Shown here in pieces: positions 1-10,577 of a DNA stretch of 63,847 nucleotides. The DNA is taken from the NCBI GenBank assembly GCA_034678405.1, contig JAXDBW010000011.1:1-63847 (forward strand), given 5' to 3'. The position numbers and the translations under genes are program-made. The notes beneath the pieces are model-generated. The model was not told the DNA's origin. It made no database searches and saw nothing but the letters and a program-made list of their open reading frames with translations. How positions within the stretch are numbered: the first letter of the stretch is position 1; every line of letters starts with the position of its first letter. Origin of the DNA: Patescibacteria group bacterium (GTDB taxonomy: Bacteria; Patescibacteriota; Patescibacteriia; UBA10025; JAHIVO01).

Positions 1-247
1 ATATCAACTAACACGCAAAACCCAAAACCAACAAAACGCTCATTAGATGAGTAAGAAAGCTCTTCGGCTCAGCTCTGTATAGAGCTTCGCTCAGAGCCTT
101 CGGAAAGCGAGGTGACTATGGACAGTCATCGTGCGATAGGGAGCATTTCTCTGTGGGTCTCTCCGTATCGCATGTGATCTTTACAAACGAACTGCAGAAA
201 TTCTCGTAAACTGAAATTGTAAACTCGAAGAAAAAAGGAGCGTAACA

Positions 248-1036
248 ATGAGACGCTCACATGTACTCTGGATGATTGCCAGCCTCCTGGCTATCGTACT
301 CTATGTCGGAGCCTGCTCCGATATCTCCGAAAACCCGACCCAGTCCTCCGTGATCAATCCGCCGTCCCAGGCGACCGACCCGCCGGCCGCTACAGATCCC
401 GGTACGCCCAGTGATGGGCTGGGAGATTATCCATTCACTGAGTATATTGGTATCAGTGCAGATTCAATCAATGCGCTCGGGGCGGCCGCTATGAATGCCG
501 AGGGTGGTAAACGTAGCAACGTGTCTATAGCCGCAGGCTGGCAGCTCTATGTATCGGTACCATTCTATAGTCAGAATGACCCGAGTTTTAAGAATAAAGG
601 ACTTGGGTTTAACTACTGTGGGAATTCCACCATTGGTCGTTATGGTTGCCACCTCTGCTGCATCTCGATGCTTTATGCGAAGTGGGGATACTACAACATG
701 AACCCCGCGACTCTAAATGACTGGAAAGTGGGAACTCGTTCCCACTATGCATTCAGCACGGCGGGCTGTGGCGACCTCATACGGCCTGCCCAAGCGTTAC
801 AATACCCGGCAATGTCCAGAAATGTACGGTATATCTCTGCTGGTCAGATCTATTACTATCTGCAACGTGGCATTCCGGTGATCATCGAGGTGGGTACCAG
901 TTTTGGAACTCATTTCATGGTAATCTTCGCCTTCGATGGTAGGATATTCTGGGTCAAGGATCCACTGAAAGACGCGGCACATCAGAATCAGGGGCTCTAC
1001 GGATCATTTATTTCGGCGCGCGTGTATGGGTATTAA
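248..1036 (+). CDS. Secreted lipoprotein with C-terminal papain-like (peptidase C39-like) cysteine peptidase domain
   Basis: AAGGAG RBS 8 nt upstream. Signal peptide plus lipobox (LYVGA|C), then a P/T-rich linker. Motifs YSQNDP...GCHLCCISMLY...H resemble the C39-like peptidase core. Confidence 0.5.
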   Translation: MRRSHVLWMIASLLAIVLYVGACSDISENPTQSSVINPPSQATDPPAATDPGTPSDGLGDYPFTEYIGISADSINALGAAAMNAEGGKRSNVSIAAGWQLYVSVPFYSQNDPSFKNKGLGFNYCGNSTIGRYGCHLCCISMLYAKWGYYNMNPATLNDWKVGTRSHYAFSTAGCGDLIRPAQALQYPAMSRNVRYISAGQIYYYLQRGIPVIIEVGTSFGTHFMVIFAFDGRIFWVKDPLKDAAHQNQGLYGSFISARVYGY

Positions 1037-1099
1037 CCTCGCTGACAAAAATTGGGAGGTGGCAAGTCCGCCTCCCAGTGATAAATAATTTAATTACAT

Positions 1100-2341
1100 A
1101 TGAGAACAAAAGTCTTATTTACAATTATTCTAGCATTATTAGCTTGGTTTATTATTTGGCTGTGGTTAGGTAGCGAAACAGAACCCTCAACTCAAATCAC
1201 AAACACGCCTACTGGAGGCCAAATGGAAGTTTACACACATTCTAACCCTAGCTTTTCTTTCGATTATCCTAAAGGCTGGCAGATTGACGAAACGGACTCG
1301 TCGATACTGGTGTATGTTGAAGCAGCGCCACAGGGTCAGCGCTATCAGATAACCATTATAATTAACGAAAATCCAGATTTACTTTCCGCTCAAGAGTTTG
1401 CCATGCAGCAGATGATGGAACTCAATCATCCGGCAACAGTTTCGATAGGCGAAGTTGGTGTTGGAAATTCAGTTGGATATGGCCTGACTAATGTGTTTGC
1501 CAGTGACGAAACAGATGAGAAGCTGTATGTACGACTGGATGATATGATGTTGGTCATTTCGTATCCTACCGCATTTGGCAATGAGTCGGTTTACAATCCA
1601 GAGCAGAATTACCAAGTCGCTCGGGACATAGTGCGGAGCTTCGTAATAAATAGTAATCAGCTGACCAACATACAAACGAATACGAATATTCAAAAGAGTG
1701 ATGTTATCAGCTTCCAGCAGGGGAATCCAAATAGTAAATTATTGTTTTCTCAGGTTGGTCTTGGTGTGGCAATTCCCAATTTTTATTATCAGGTTACAGA
1801 AGATGAGATTTCTCAGTACAACAATGCTCAGGGAGAATACATCCAGCAAAATGCCTGCCGCGGATTGAGCATTAATGCGGAGGACTCATTTAAACTGTGG
1901 TTTAGTTTTGATGAGTTTACGGACCTCTGTGGGACAGAGCGCTTTTTTTCATCAGTTAGTGAGCCTCAGTATGATTTCTCTGATGAAGAGTTTTGTGAAC
2001 AACTCTCGCTGATTCCGAGTCTTGAATATAACGGATGTGGAGCCTTTGCCGACCCGCCAAAAGGGTTCACCGGCTATAGTTATTTCCAATTCATCCCAGA
2101 CTATGGGGGGGATGGAACCGGGACAATTGTGCGTGAGGTATATTTACGGGGGATCAGTGACAAGAGAAAGGAAATTATTGTTGGATACCTGCCATCAGAG
2201 AGCGAGATCTTGTGGATAAAGGAGTATGAATTTGAAGATTATATTAACAGAATTGATGATGGAGAATTTTCTGGATTTCTGTACTCGTCTCAAGCGGTAA
2301 AGACATTTGAGTCAGTCGTCCGCTCTTTGGAAGTAACATGA
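1100..2341 (+). CDS. Hypothetical membrane-anchored protein
   Basis: 413-aa ORF with an N-terminal TM helix (LFTIILALLAWFIIWLWL). The FSFDYPKGWQI motif is typical of PsbP/DcrB-like beta-sandwich domains. No confident family assignment. Confidence 0.55.
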   Translation: MRTKVLFTIILALLAWFIIWLWLGSETEPSTQITNTPTGGQMEVYTHSNPSFSFDYPKGWQIDETDSSILVYVEAAPQGQRYQITIIINENPDLLSAQEFAMQQMMELNHPATVSIGEVGVGNSVGYGLTNVFASDETDEKLYVRLDDMMLVISYPTAFGNESVYNPEQNYQVARDIVRSFVINSNQLTNIQTNTNIQKSDVISFQQGNPNSKLLFSQVGLGVAIPNFYYQVTEDEISQYNNAQGEYIQQNACRGLSINAEDSFKLWFSFDEFTDLCGTERFFSSVSEPQYDFSDEEFCEQLSLIPSLEYNGCGAFADPPKGFTGYSYFQFIPDYGGDGTGTIVREVYLRGISDKRKEIIVGYLPSESEILWIKEYEFEDYINRIDDGEFSGFLYSSQAVKTFESVVRSLEVT

Positions 2342-2602
2342 ATGTATACAAACCAAAAACTCGACCTTAGTCTTGGTGAGGTCGGTCGGGTCTTTGGCGC
2401 TCGTCATGGAAATTTAAAACACATCAGGTCTACATCATCCTGAGCAATCTCTCGCAAGAGATAGGTTCGGATAACATAGATTTCGTAACGGACGTATTTT
2501 GTTAAATTTCCTGAGCTGTATTTGCATTCTATTCATTTGCCTAAAACTGTCAAGCGCGCATGACAGATAGGGATTCATTAATTAACTAATCTAAGCCACA
2601 AT

Positions 2603-3028
2603 ATGAATCTGAATAAAGCCCAAATTATTGGGAATTTGGCGGCAGACCCGGAAGTCCGGTCGCTGCCGTCGGGCCAGTCCGTCGCGACGTTTCGTCTCGC
2701 GACCAACCACCGCTGGGTAGACAACAAGACGAAAGAAAAGAAAGAGTCGGCGGAGTTTGTGCCGATCGTCGCGTGGGGGCGCCTGGGGGATGTCGTCGGG
2801 AAATACCTGAAGAAGGGCGATCGCATCTATATGGATGGCCGGCTGCACACCCGTCAGTGGGAGAATGCGGAAAAGCAGAAACGCTCCCGCATGGAAATCA
2901 TTATGGAAAATCTCATCATGCTCGGTGGAGCTAAAAAGAAAGCCGAGGACGACACCACGAAAGTCAACGATGAGGTTGTCGTGGAAGAAGTCGACGTCAA
3001 TAAGATGCCGATCTCGGAAAAGGAGTAA
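2603..3028 (+). CDS. ssb: Single-stranded DNA-binding protein
   Basis: N-terminal OB fold MNLNKAQIIGNLAADPEVRSLPSGQSVATFRLATN...WHRIVAWG-like pattern. The C-terminus ends ...KMPISEKE rather than the canonical DDDIPF. Confidence 0.9.
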   Translation: MNLNKAQIIGNLAADPEVRSLPSGQSVATFRLATNHRWVDNKTKEKKESAEFVPIVAWGRLGDVVGKYLKKGDRIYMDGRLHTRQWENAEKQKRSRMEIIMENLIMLGGAKKKAEDDTTKVNDEVVVEEVDVNKMPISEKE

Positions 3029-3119
3029 CTCCAGAAAAGGAGTCACCACTCCTTTTCTTCCGGGTCGTATCGTTCTTGGGGAAGGTCTCGGTACGATTCG
3101 GAAGAAAGGGAGCGATCAT

Positions 3120-5219
3120 ATGAAATCACTACTCATTATTTTTCTCATCTTCAGTATGTGCCATCCTGCTATGGCGCTTGAGAATGTTCATATTGTTATC
3201 CACGAAATTCACGTCAGTGGCGGGAGTGGCAGCAGTACTGATGAGTTTGTCGAGTTATTCAATCCAACTGCTGCGGATGTTTCATTAGTCGGTTGGCAGC
3301 TCGTGAAATACACTGGCAGCGGCAGTGAGTACGTATTGGTCGACGATTTCGGTACGGCCAGCATTCCGGCCGGCCGGCATTTCCTCGTTGCCCATCCGAG
3401 TGGCTATAGTGGAGATGATGATCCTGATGTAGTGTATTCGACCGGCAACTCTATCGCCGATAATAATACAGTAGCTTTAATTGATTCTGCCGATGCAGTA
3501 GTGGATCTGGTCGGATATGGTTCAGCTACAGTCGTTGAGTCGGCAGCGGCGATCAACCCGGGAGGAAATAAAAGCATAGAGCGGGTTGGTGGTGATACTG
3601 ATAATAACGCCGCGGATTTTCTCGTCCGTGATGTGCCAACCCCGCACAATAGTTTGCACGAACTCCCAACCGAGAATTCGCAAACGGAAGTCTATTCATC
3701 AGCCATATCCATCGTTGAGTTGTTTCCTGATCCAGTGGGCACTGATGACGATGAATTTATCGAACTATATAACGCCGGCTCCGTATCAGTTGATCTGGCT
3801 GGTTGGCAGCTCGGGGACAATAGTACCCGCCGCTATACCATCCCCAATCAGGTTATTGGTTCTGGTGAATATGTCGCGTTTGCCAAGTCAGCCACAGGCA
3901 TTTCCTTGAATAATACTGGTGATGCCGCTCGGTTGTATTGGGCGGATGGTACTGAGGTGAGCACTGTTGTATATGATAGCTCTCACGAAGGGCAATCCTA
4001 CGCTCTGGTACAGGGTGTCTGGCAGTGGACCGATACCGTGACGCCCGACGAAGCAAATGTCTATTATATAGACAATGCGCCACCGACAGCCTCGTTTACT
4101 ATGAGCGCAGAATCGGCCAAAGTTGGCGTGGTTGTTACGTTTGATGGGCGGGACAGTAGCGATCCCGATAACGACGTGTTGTCATATCGTTGGGATTTCG
4201 GCGACGGTACCGGAAGTACAGATGAACGTGCGGAGCACAGTTTCCAGTCGTCGGGTATGTATCAGATCACCTTGACGGTAATTGACGAACATGGTGTGGA
4301 GAGTGAGGTCGGCGACCAGATTACTATTATCGATTACGATTATTCATCAGCGTTGATTATTTCTGAAGTTCTACCAAGCTGTTCGCCGTCAGATAGTCAG
4401 TGCGAATTCATTGAATTGTACAATGGCGACTCGCGAGATATCTCTCTGGATGGCTGGCAGCTGACGGATCAGTCGCGCTATTTTACATTTGGCCCAGAGG
4501 ATCGCATCGCGGCCGGTGGCTATCTCGTGATTGAGCGGCCGCGGAGCAAGATTACCCTGAACAATAGCGGTGATCAATTATATTTGATTGATCCAGCGGG
4601 GAATATTATCGCTGGCGTCGACATTCCGAAGGCCACCAAAGATTTTTCCTTTGCATTCAGTCATGGCGCTTGGCATTGGACAGAGGTTGTGACGCCAGGC
4701 GAGCCAAATGAAATTATTGAGCCGGTTCAGGAAGAAAATGATGTGGAGATTGCCGCTGATATTCCTGACCTCGGGGAGATCCCGATCGGTGCGGTGACCG
4801 AGGATATGATCGGCAGTCGCCTGACGGTAACCGGCGATGTCGAACGGGCAAATAGCCGTGGCATTTATCTGATGGATGAGGCGGGGAACATCCTCCGCGT
4901 CTATATCCAGAAAGCCACCGGCATTGTGCAGCCCGATCTCGAGCCGGGGCAGACTGTCACGGTGAGCGGGGTGCTGGACAAAACGTCGGCTGGTTTGCGA
5001 CTGCTGCCGCAGGTAGCCGAGGACATCGTTATTCATGCAGATCTTACTGGTGCTGAGCATGGCGTAGTGCTCGGCGCCTCTGACGAAATGCAGCCAGAAA
5101 GCATTGCCGTAGAAAGCGCGCCCTCCTCACCGATGATATACATTATTATCACCGCCATTAGTGTAGTGGTGTTGGCTGGTGGGTTACTGATTCGTCAGCG
5201 AGTGATGGAGCATAAATAG
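3120..5219 (+). CDS. Surface protein with three lamin-tail domains (LTD), a PKD domain, an OB-fold-like domain and a C-terminal TM anchor
   Basis: Start moved to ATG 3120 (signal peptide MKSLLIIFLIFSMCHPAMA, GGGAG RBS); the track ORF start at 2835 overlaps ssb. Three repeats of the type DEFVELFN...VSLVGWQL. PKD motif YRWDFGDGTGS. C-terminal hydrophobic helix. Confidence 0.8.
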   Translation: MKSLLIIFLIFSMCHPAMALENVHIVIHEIHVSGGSGSSTDEFVELFNPTAADVSLVGWQLVKYTGSGSEYVLVDDFGTASIPAGRHFLVAHPSGYSGDDDPDVVYSTGNSIADNNTVALIDSADAVVDLVGYGSATVVESAAAINPGGNKSIERVGGDTDNNAADFLVRDVPTPHNSLHELPTENSQTEVYSSAISIVELFPDPVGTDDDEFIELYNAGSVSVDLAGWQLGDNSTRRYTIPNQVIGSGEYVAFAKSATGISLNNTGDAARLYWADGTEVSTVVYDSSHEGQSYALVQGVWQWTDTVTPDEANVYYIDNAPPTASFTMSAESAKVGVVVTFDGRDSSDPDNDVLSYRWDFGDGTGSTDERAEHSFQSSGMYQITLTVIDEHGVESEVGDQITIIDYDYSSALIISEVLPSCSPSDSQCEFIELYNGDSRDISLDGWQLTDQSRYFTFGPEDRIAAGGYLVIERPRSKITLNNSGDQLYLIDPAGNIIAGVDIPKATKDFSFAFSHGAWHWTEVVTPGEPNEIIEPVQEENDVEIAADIPDLGEIPIGAVTEDMIGSRLTVTGDVERANSRGIYLMDEAGNILRVYIQKATGIVQPDLEPGQTVTVSGVLDKTSAGLRLLPQVAEDIVIHADLTGAEHGVVLGASDEMQPESIAVESAPSSPMIYIIITAISVVVLAGGLLIRQRVMEHK

Positions 5220-5379
5220 CCTGGACAGCCCTGTCATATCTTGACAAAAGCACGCCGGCATGGTAGCATGGGCGGTTAGTTTTGATCTTTTTAGCTTAAT
5301 ATTTCTCGGCGCAGACTGATACAATGTTTCATTGCATCGAGTCTGGACGATCGAGGAAAAACTACAAGGAGTGTTCCGT

Positions 5380-6285
5380 ATGGGACAGGCCGTACGTATT
5401 GAGATGGCACAGGGCGTGCTTGAGTATGCCGATGAGCCATTGTGCACTGACGCGCAGATTGATGCAGCGCTACGAATCGTAGAGCTTCACGAAGACGATC
5501 TGTTTGCGCTATTGCCCCCGGACCATATCTGGAATCGCGGTAAGCGTGAGCATATGTCTCAAGCACACGAGGCTAAGCAGCCAATCGTTGATCAGTTCAG
5601 TCGGGTACTGGCGCCGGTCAATTTCCGGTTGCTGGATTTCATCTTTCGGGTCCATGATCTCGGCCGGGTGTACGAAGGCGCTGTTAAACTCGGCTCGTTG
5701 CCCGAATACCTCACCTACTGTGGTGATCACGCCCGTCAGTCAGTGCTCATCCTCGATGAGTGGGGAGCGCTTGATTGTTTCAGTGAAGAAACGCGTTCCT
5801 TGATCACGTATGTGATCGAGCATCACGTTGGGCCGGAAACGCCGACTCTGCCCGATGCGCCGTCAGCGTCTGCTGCAGCGCAGTACCTCTTCACGTGCCT
5901 GCTGCGAGATTGTGACAAGTACATCATCTTCAGCGAGCGGACGGCGCAGTATCTCCACGATGACCGCAAGCGCGCCGCGGAGATGGAAATCCATCATCTG
6001 CGGGAGCTCGGCCGGATTGAGCCGATTGAATTTCTGGACACGTTCCAGAATCATCGCACGCCCGACAAGACCCAGATGGTCTCATATGAGGCGTACATGT
6101 TGTATTTCCTCTCCTGGATCTACGACGTGAACCTGCCCTCGGTCCTGAAGGCGATCGTGGCCTCGGGCGCTATTGAATTGCTACTGGAGTACTTCCGTCA
6201 GCAGCTCCCGCAGGAGATTGCTGATCAGATCGAATCGTCGGTCACGACGTATCTCGATCGTCATCACGTTTCCTTGGTCGTCTAG
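5380..6285 (+). CDS. HD-domain phosphohydrolase-like protein
   Basis: Start chosen at ATG 5380 (AAGGAG 8 nt upstream). H...HD (RVHDLG)...HH (IEHHVG)...D (RDCDK) spacing fits the HD superfamily. Weak call. Confidence 0.45.
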   Translation: MGQAVRIEMAQGVLEYADEPLCTDAQIDAALRIVELHEDDLFALLPPDHIWNRGKREHMSQAHEAKQPIVDQFSRVLAPVNFRLLDFIFRVHDLGRVYEGAVKLGSLPEYLTYCGDHARQSVLILDEWGALDCFSEETRSLITYVIEHHVGPETPTLPDAPSASAAAQYLFTCLLRDCDKYIIFSERTAQYLHDDRKRAAEMEIHHLRELGRIEPIEFLDTFQNHRTPDKTQMVSYEAYMLYFLSWIYDVNLPSVLKAIVASGAIELLLEYFRQQLPQEIADQIESSVTTYLDRHHVSLVV

Positions 6286-6393
6286 GCGTAAGCGACTTAC
6301 GGAACAAGCCCAGAGTGGTTAGCAGCAATGCTGGCCACTTTTTTTATCTGCTCAAAATCGCTATACTATGGGTACGATTATTGACCCATACAT

Positions 6394-8817
6394 ATGGCCA
6401 ACCACGATATCATCCACTGGATCTCGCAATCGCGAGCCAATGGCAAAACGGACAAACAAATCCGGGAGGAGCTCCAGCAAAATGGCTGGCTGTCTTCACA
6501 AATCGATCAGGCGCTGGAGCAGGCAGATGCCGAGCCTATCAGCCGCGCGATTACCAAACGCAAAATGTTTACCACTGCGCCTCGCGCGTGGACAACGATG
6601 GGCATGGTACTCGTAGTTGTTGTCGTTGCGGTAGCTTTATATTTCGTGAATGACCATTATCACTTCGTGGGGCATTTTGGGAATACCAACACTAGCACGA
6701 ATAGTGCAGCCGGATCATTTCCAACTGTGGATGCGCAGCTCGACGCCCAGTCGCAGCTGCAGAAGTTCTCATCGTATGATGATGTGGCTACGTATCTCGC
6801 GAATAATACCCAGGCGAGTTATTACGGCGGGATGGGGACCGCCACGCTTAATGAGACACGCGACATTGCCGTCGAGGCCTTACCGACCCCGATAGGGAGT
6901 AGCCAGGGAGAGACTTTTGGACTGGGTACCGCTGATCTCAAGGCTGCGCCATCTGCCAATATTATCCCCGACTACTCAGCGACGAATGTTCAAGTCGAAG
7001 GGGTGGACGAAGGTGATATTGTGAAAACTGACGGCGACTATATCTACGCCATCTCAGAGAAAAATCTCTTCATCATTGATGCGCGGCCGGCTGGTGAGAT
7101 GCAGATTATGTCGACGATTGTCTTTGACAATGCCCCTCAGGATATCTATCTTGATGGCGACCGCATGATTGTCTACGGCTCGGACTGGACGACGAGCGAG
7201 CGGCCGGTATTTGACACGATCCGTTCGACTGGATTTACGTATGTAAAAATATTTGATATTTCTGATCGCGCCAACCCCGCGCAGGTACGGCATTTAGATT
7301 TTGAAGGTTCGTATAGTCAGTCGCGGATGATCGGAGACTATCTCTATCTCGTGACCACCCAGCCGACCTATGTGACCTACGACGATAATCCCGTACCGAT
7401 TCTCCTGGACGATGACGCTGTCGTGCCACTCGGTGAGCGCAACGGCTTCAATCCCGATGTCTACTATATCGATGCGCCCTACTACGCTCAGATCTTTACT
7501 ACGATTTCCGCGGTTAATGTGATGCAGTCGGATGCGGCGGTAAATGCTGATGTATTTCTCCTGAGTGGCGCCGAGCAGCTCTATGTCTCACTGGATAATA
7601 TGTATGTGGCATACACGAAATACGTCGATGAGCTGTCATTGACCATCGATATATACAAGCAGATCATTGTGCCAAAACTGACCGCGGCTGAGCAGCAGCA
7701 GATCACGGACATCGAAGCAGCGCCAAATCACGTGCTCTCTCTCGAAGAAAAGACGCAGAAAATACTGACGGTGATGCAGCGGTATGTGTCCACATTGTCG
7801 TCCGATGCTGAAGAGGCACTCCAGGCGCAAATCGAGCAAGCTATCCAGGATACCTATGATGATATCTCAAAAGAGCTCGAAAAGACAGTCGTGCATCGGA
7901 TTGCCATCGACAAAGGCAGCATCACGTACGAGGCAACGGGGGAGGTGACCGGGCATATATTGAATCAGTTCTCTATGGACGAACACGATGGGTATTTCCG
8001 GATCGCCACGACGAAGGGGCAGACCTGGTCCCGATTCGATGAGGGGTCATCTCAGTCATATAATAATCTGTATATTCTCGACCAAAATATGAAGCAGGTA
8101 GGCGCGGTCGAAAACCTGGCCGAAGGGGAGCAGATATATTCCGTCCGCTTCATGCAGAACCGTGCATACCTCGTGACATTCCGCCAGACCGACCCACTCT
8201 TTGCTATTGATGTCTCTGACCCGCGCAATCCGACAGTCCTCGGACAGCTAAAAGTGCCAGGGTTCTCATCGTATCTCCATCCATATAATGATAATCTTCT
8301 CATTGGATTCGGGAAGCAGGCGGACGATGACGGGCGAGTCCAGGGTCTGAAACTATCCCTGTTTGATGTCTCTGATGTCAATAATTTGCGGGAAGTGGAC
8401 ACGTATGAGATGGGAGATCGGGGGAGTGATTCCATCGCGCTGAATGATCACAAGGCCTTTCTCTTTGACCGGGATAAAAATCTCCTCGTCGTACCGGTAT
8501 CACTTCGGGATGTCACGGGTGATATCGTCGGAAACTACACCACGCATGGCGCCGCCGTTTTCACCGTGACACCGGACGGGTTCACCTATCGTGATCAGAT
8601 TAACCACTCCGATGGCAGTGAGGCGGATAATCAGATTGATTACTTCTATTCATATCAATACTACGACACGATGGTGAAGCGCAGCTTGTATATTGATGAT
8701 ATATTGTATACACTGTCGAATAAGTATCTGAAGGCACATCAACTTTCTGATTTGGCCGCCGCGGGTTCGCTCGAGCTGACAACCGGTGATGGAAATGATT
8801 TTACCATCCTTCGCTGA
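6394..8817 (+). CDS. Membrane-anchored secreted beta-propeller domain protein (PF09826-like)
   Basis: N-terminal TM helix. Hallmark motifs YSATNVQVEGVDEGDIVKTDGDYIY and VRFMQNRAYLVTFRQTDPLFAIDVSDPRNP...GFSSYLHP. Confidence 0.8.
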   Translation: MANHDIIHWISQSRANGKTDKQIREELQQNGWLSSQIDQALEQADAEPISRAITKRKMFTTAPRAWTTMGMVLVVVVVAVALYFVNDHYHFVGHFGNTNTSTNSAAGSFPTVDAQLDAQSQLQKFSSYDDVATYLANNTQASYYGGMGTATLNETRDIAVEALPTPIGSSQGETFGLGTADLKAAPSANIIPDYSATNVQVEGVDEGDIVKTDGDYIYAISEKNLFIIDARPAGEMQIMSTIVFDNAPQDIYLDGDRMIVYGSDWTTSERPVFDTIRSTGFTYVKIFDISDRANPAQVRHLDFEGSYSQSRMIGDYLYLVTTQPTYVTYDDNPVPILLDDDAVVPLGERNGFNPDVYYIDAPYYAQIFTTISAVNVMQSDAAVNADVFLLSGAEQLYVSLDNMYVAYTKYVDELSLTIDIYKQIIVPKLTAAEQQQITDIEAAPNHVLSLEEKTQKILTVMQRYVSTLSSDAEEALQAQIEQAIQDTYDDISKELEKTVVHRIAIDKGSITYEATGEVTGHILNQFSMDEHDGYFRIATTKGQTWSRFDEGSSQSYNNLYILDQNMKQVGAVENLAEGEQIYSVRFMQNRAYLVTFRQTDPLFAIDVSDPRNPTVLGQLKVPGFSSYLHPYNDNLLIGFGKQADDDGRVQGLKLSLFDVSDVNNLREVDTYEMGDRGSDSIALNDHKAFLFDRDKNLLVVPVSLRDVTGDIVGNYTTHGAAVFTVTPDGFTYRDQINHSDGSEADNQIDYFYSYQYYDTMVKRSLYIDDILYTLSNKYLKAHQLSDLAAAGSLELTTGDGNDFTILR

Positions 8818-8849
8818 TACGTCTCATTTCGTAGTTCTACTTCTCCCAC

Positions 8850-9959
8850 ATGAAACGGATCATTATCGTTATCCTCACTATTGTGGCCCTTGCGGCCTTG
8901 ATCGCCGCGCATGCCTGGCTCTGGTATGCGATAGTCTTTTTGTTTGAGATTCATGCCCTGACGACCAGATGGATTCTGGGGGTTGCTCTGGGTGTTTTGG
9001 CCATGGGCTTCTTACCCGCTACGTACGTAGTGCATAAACGAGAAAATCGGACAACGTCATATATATATATTGTGATGGCGACGTGGCTCGGGACAGCACT
9101 GTATGTCGCGATTGGAACCGCCGCCGCAGCTCTAGCCCTCTGGATATTTCCCTGGCAGGATCATCAGATATTTGTCGGCGCCGCCGCCCTGGCACTGGCG
9201 ATCGCCTATGCCGGCTATGGCGTGTGGAATACCCAGTATCCTCGATACAAACGAGTCACGCTTCCCGCTGACCAGTATCCTGAGGCATGGCGCGGTAAAA
9301 AAATTATTCACCTCTCTGATATCCATCTCGGGGTAGTGCACCACATTGGCTTCATGCGCTGGGTGGTAAATAAAGTAAATAAAGAAAATCCCGATATCAT
9401 ATTTATCACTGGCGACTTGTATGATGGGGTCGGCCGGGAGCTCGGGCAGATGGCGGCACCCCTAAAGGAATTCAATCCACCAATGGGAGCGTACTATATT
9501 ATAGGAAACCACGAGACCTATGTGGGCTTGGATCGAGTGTTTGCGGCAATTGCAGATTTGCCCATACGCACCCTGCGCAATGAAAATGTTGAGCTGGAGG
9601 GGGTGCAGATCCTCGGCATTGACTATCATTTGCCAGGCAAAAAGAATGACGAGCGGGCGGTGCTGGATACTTTGGATCCTGAACGACCGAGTATCGTCCT
9701 TTTTCACGAACCGAAGCCTGACGTGGTGGAATATGCTAGTACAAAGAATGCCAGACTCTTCCTCGCGGGGCATACGCACAAAGGTCAGCTGTGGCCGTTC
9801 AATTTCATTACGCGCTATATTTACAAACGATTTCACTACGGACTGTCACGTGCCGGTAACATGATGGTCTATACGTCACCCGGCGTCGGCTCTTGGGGGC
9901 CGCCCATGCGTACGGGTAATCACCCGCAAATTGTTGTATTAACCATAGGAAATAAATAG
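8850..9959 (+). CDS. Membrane-bound metallophosphoesterase
   Basis: Four N-terminal TM helices followed by the calcineurin-like motifs HLSDIHLG, GDLYDG, GNHE, GHTH. Confidence 0.85.
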   Translation: MKRIIIVILTIVALAALIAAHAWLWYAIVFLFEIHALTTRWILGVALGVLAMGFLPATYVVHKRENRTTSYIYIVMATWLGTALYVAIGTAAAALALWIFPWQDHQIFVGAAALALAIAYAGYGVWNTQYPRYKRVTLPADQYPEAWRGKKIIHLSDIHLGVVHHIGFMRWVVNKVNKENPDIIFITGDLYDGVGRELGQMAAPLKEFNPPMGAYYIIGNHETYVGLDRVFAAIADLPIRTLRNENVELEGVQILGIDYHLPGKKNDERAVLDTLDPERPSIVLFHEPKPDVVEYASTKNARLFLAGHTHKGQLWPFNFITRYIYKRFHYGLSRAGNMMVYTSPGVGSWGPPMRTGNHPQIVVLTIGNK

Positions 9960-9972
9960 CCGCCACAGCCCT

Positions 9973-10001
9973 TGACAGAAGGCACATCTTTTGTTATTTT
10001 C
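9973..10001 (+). promoter_or_regulatory. Sigma-70-type promoter for the 10083-10942 orphan module
   Basis: TTGACA (9973-9978), 17-bp spacer, TATTTT (9996-10001). Confidence 0.45.
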
Positions 10002-10082
10002 TTTAGTTAACGAAAACAGAAAATAGAAATAGGATTTTGAGAAACGACAACCAGAAACATCCACACACTACAGGAGGTATAC

Positions 10083-10577
10083 GTGGATCAGAACAATCAA
10101 TACGCAGTAACCGCGATCGTGGCAACCCTCGATGAAGTTGGCAAGCACGTGGCTGAACTGCTGATCAACCGCCACTGTGAGATGAGCGACGCCAGCCGCT
10201 TAGAGCTGCAGGCCGAACTGCATCAGGCCATGCTGGATCCGGAAGTGACCAGCGACCGACTGGCAACGATTTTTCGTCAGGTCGGCCAGTTTCCGTGCAG
10301 CGATCCGGACGCGATCAACCAGATGGCACTCGCCATCATCGCCCTTCGGTCAGTAGCCGATGCCGCTCCACTGGACAATGCCCAGGTCATTTCGGCCGCG
10401 CAGGCGATCTGTCCGTCGATCGGTCTGATCGAGACCGGCACGATCTGCGACGACACCCAGAAACTCTGGGACACGATGCGGCACCTGTCCGCTGCTGACA
10501 TTGCCGAGCATATCATCGGCATGGTTTCGCTCAACCGCCAGCTCAGCTCGATCCTCTCTGAGGAGGTGATACAGTGA
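10083..10577 (+). CDS. Hypothetical acidic helical protein (orphan)
   Basis: GTG start 6 nt after AGGAGG. 164-aa ORF with no recognisable motifs. 4-nt overlap (GTGA) with the next ORF. Confidence 0.55.
   Translation: MDQNNQYAVTAIVATLDEVGKHVAELLINRHCEMSDASRLELQAELHQAMLDPEVTSDRLATIFRQVGQFPCSDPDAINQMALAIIALRSVADAAPLDNAQVISAAQAICPSIGLIETGTICDDTQKLWDTMRHLSAADIAEHIIGMVSLNRQLSSILSEEVIQ

Noticed and set aside
1-247. Hairpin-rich leader at the window start, e.g. TGCGATAGGGAG...CTCTCCGTATCGCA at about 133-170.
   Set aside because: It could be a 5' UTR structure or the tail of an upstream element. It is truncated by the window edge and I recognised no known RNA family, so I make no call.
2835-3119. 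N-terminal 95 codons of track ORF 2835-5219, overlapping ssb.
   Set aside because: The sequence is arginine/serine-rich and lies out of frame over ssb. A signal peptide with an RBS begins at 3120.
6368-6616. 82-aa ORF starting right after a TATACT box and overlapping the start of the beta-propeller gene.
   Set aside because: It is out of frame with the 807-aa gene, which has strong family motifs, and its translation is unremarkable. Probably spurious, though the true TSS and start of the 6394 gene remain uncertain.
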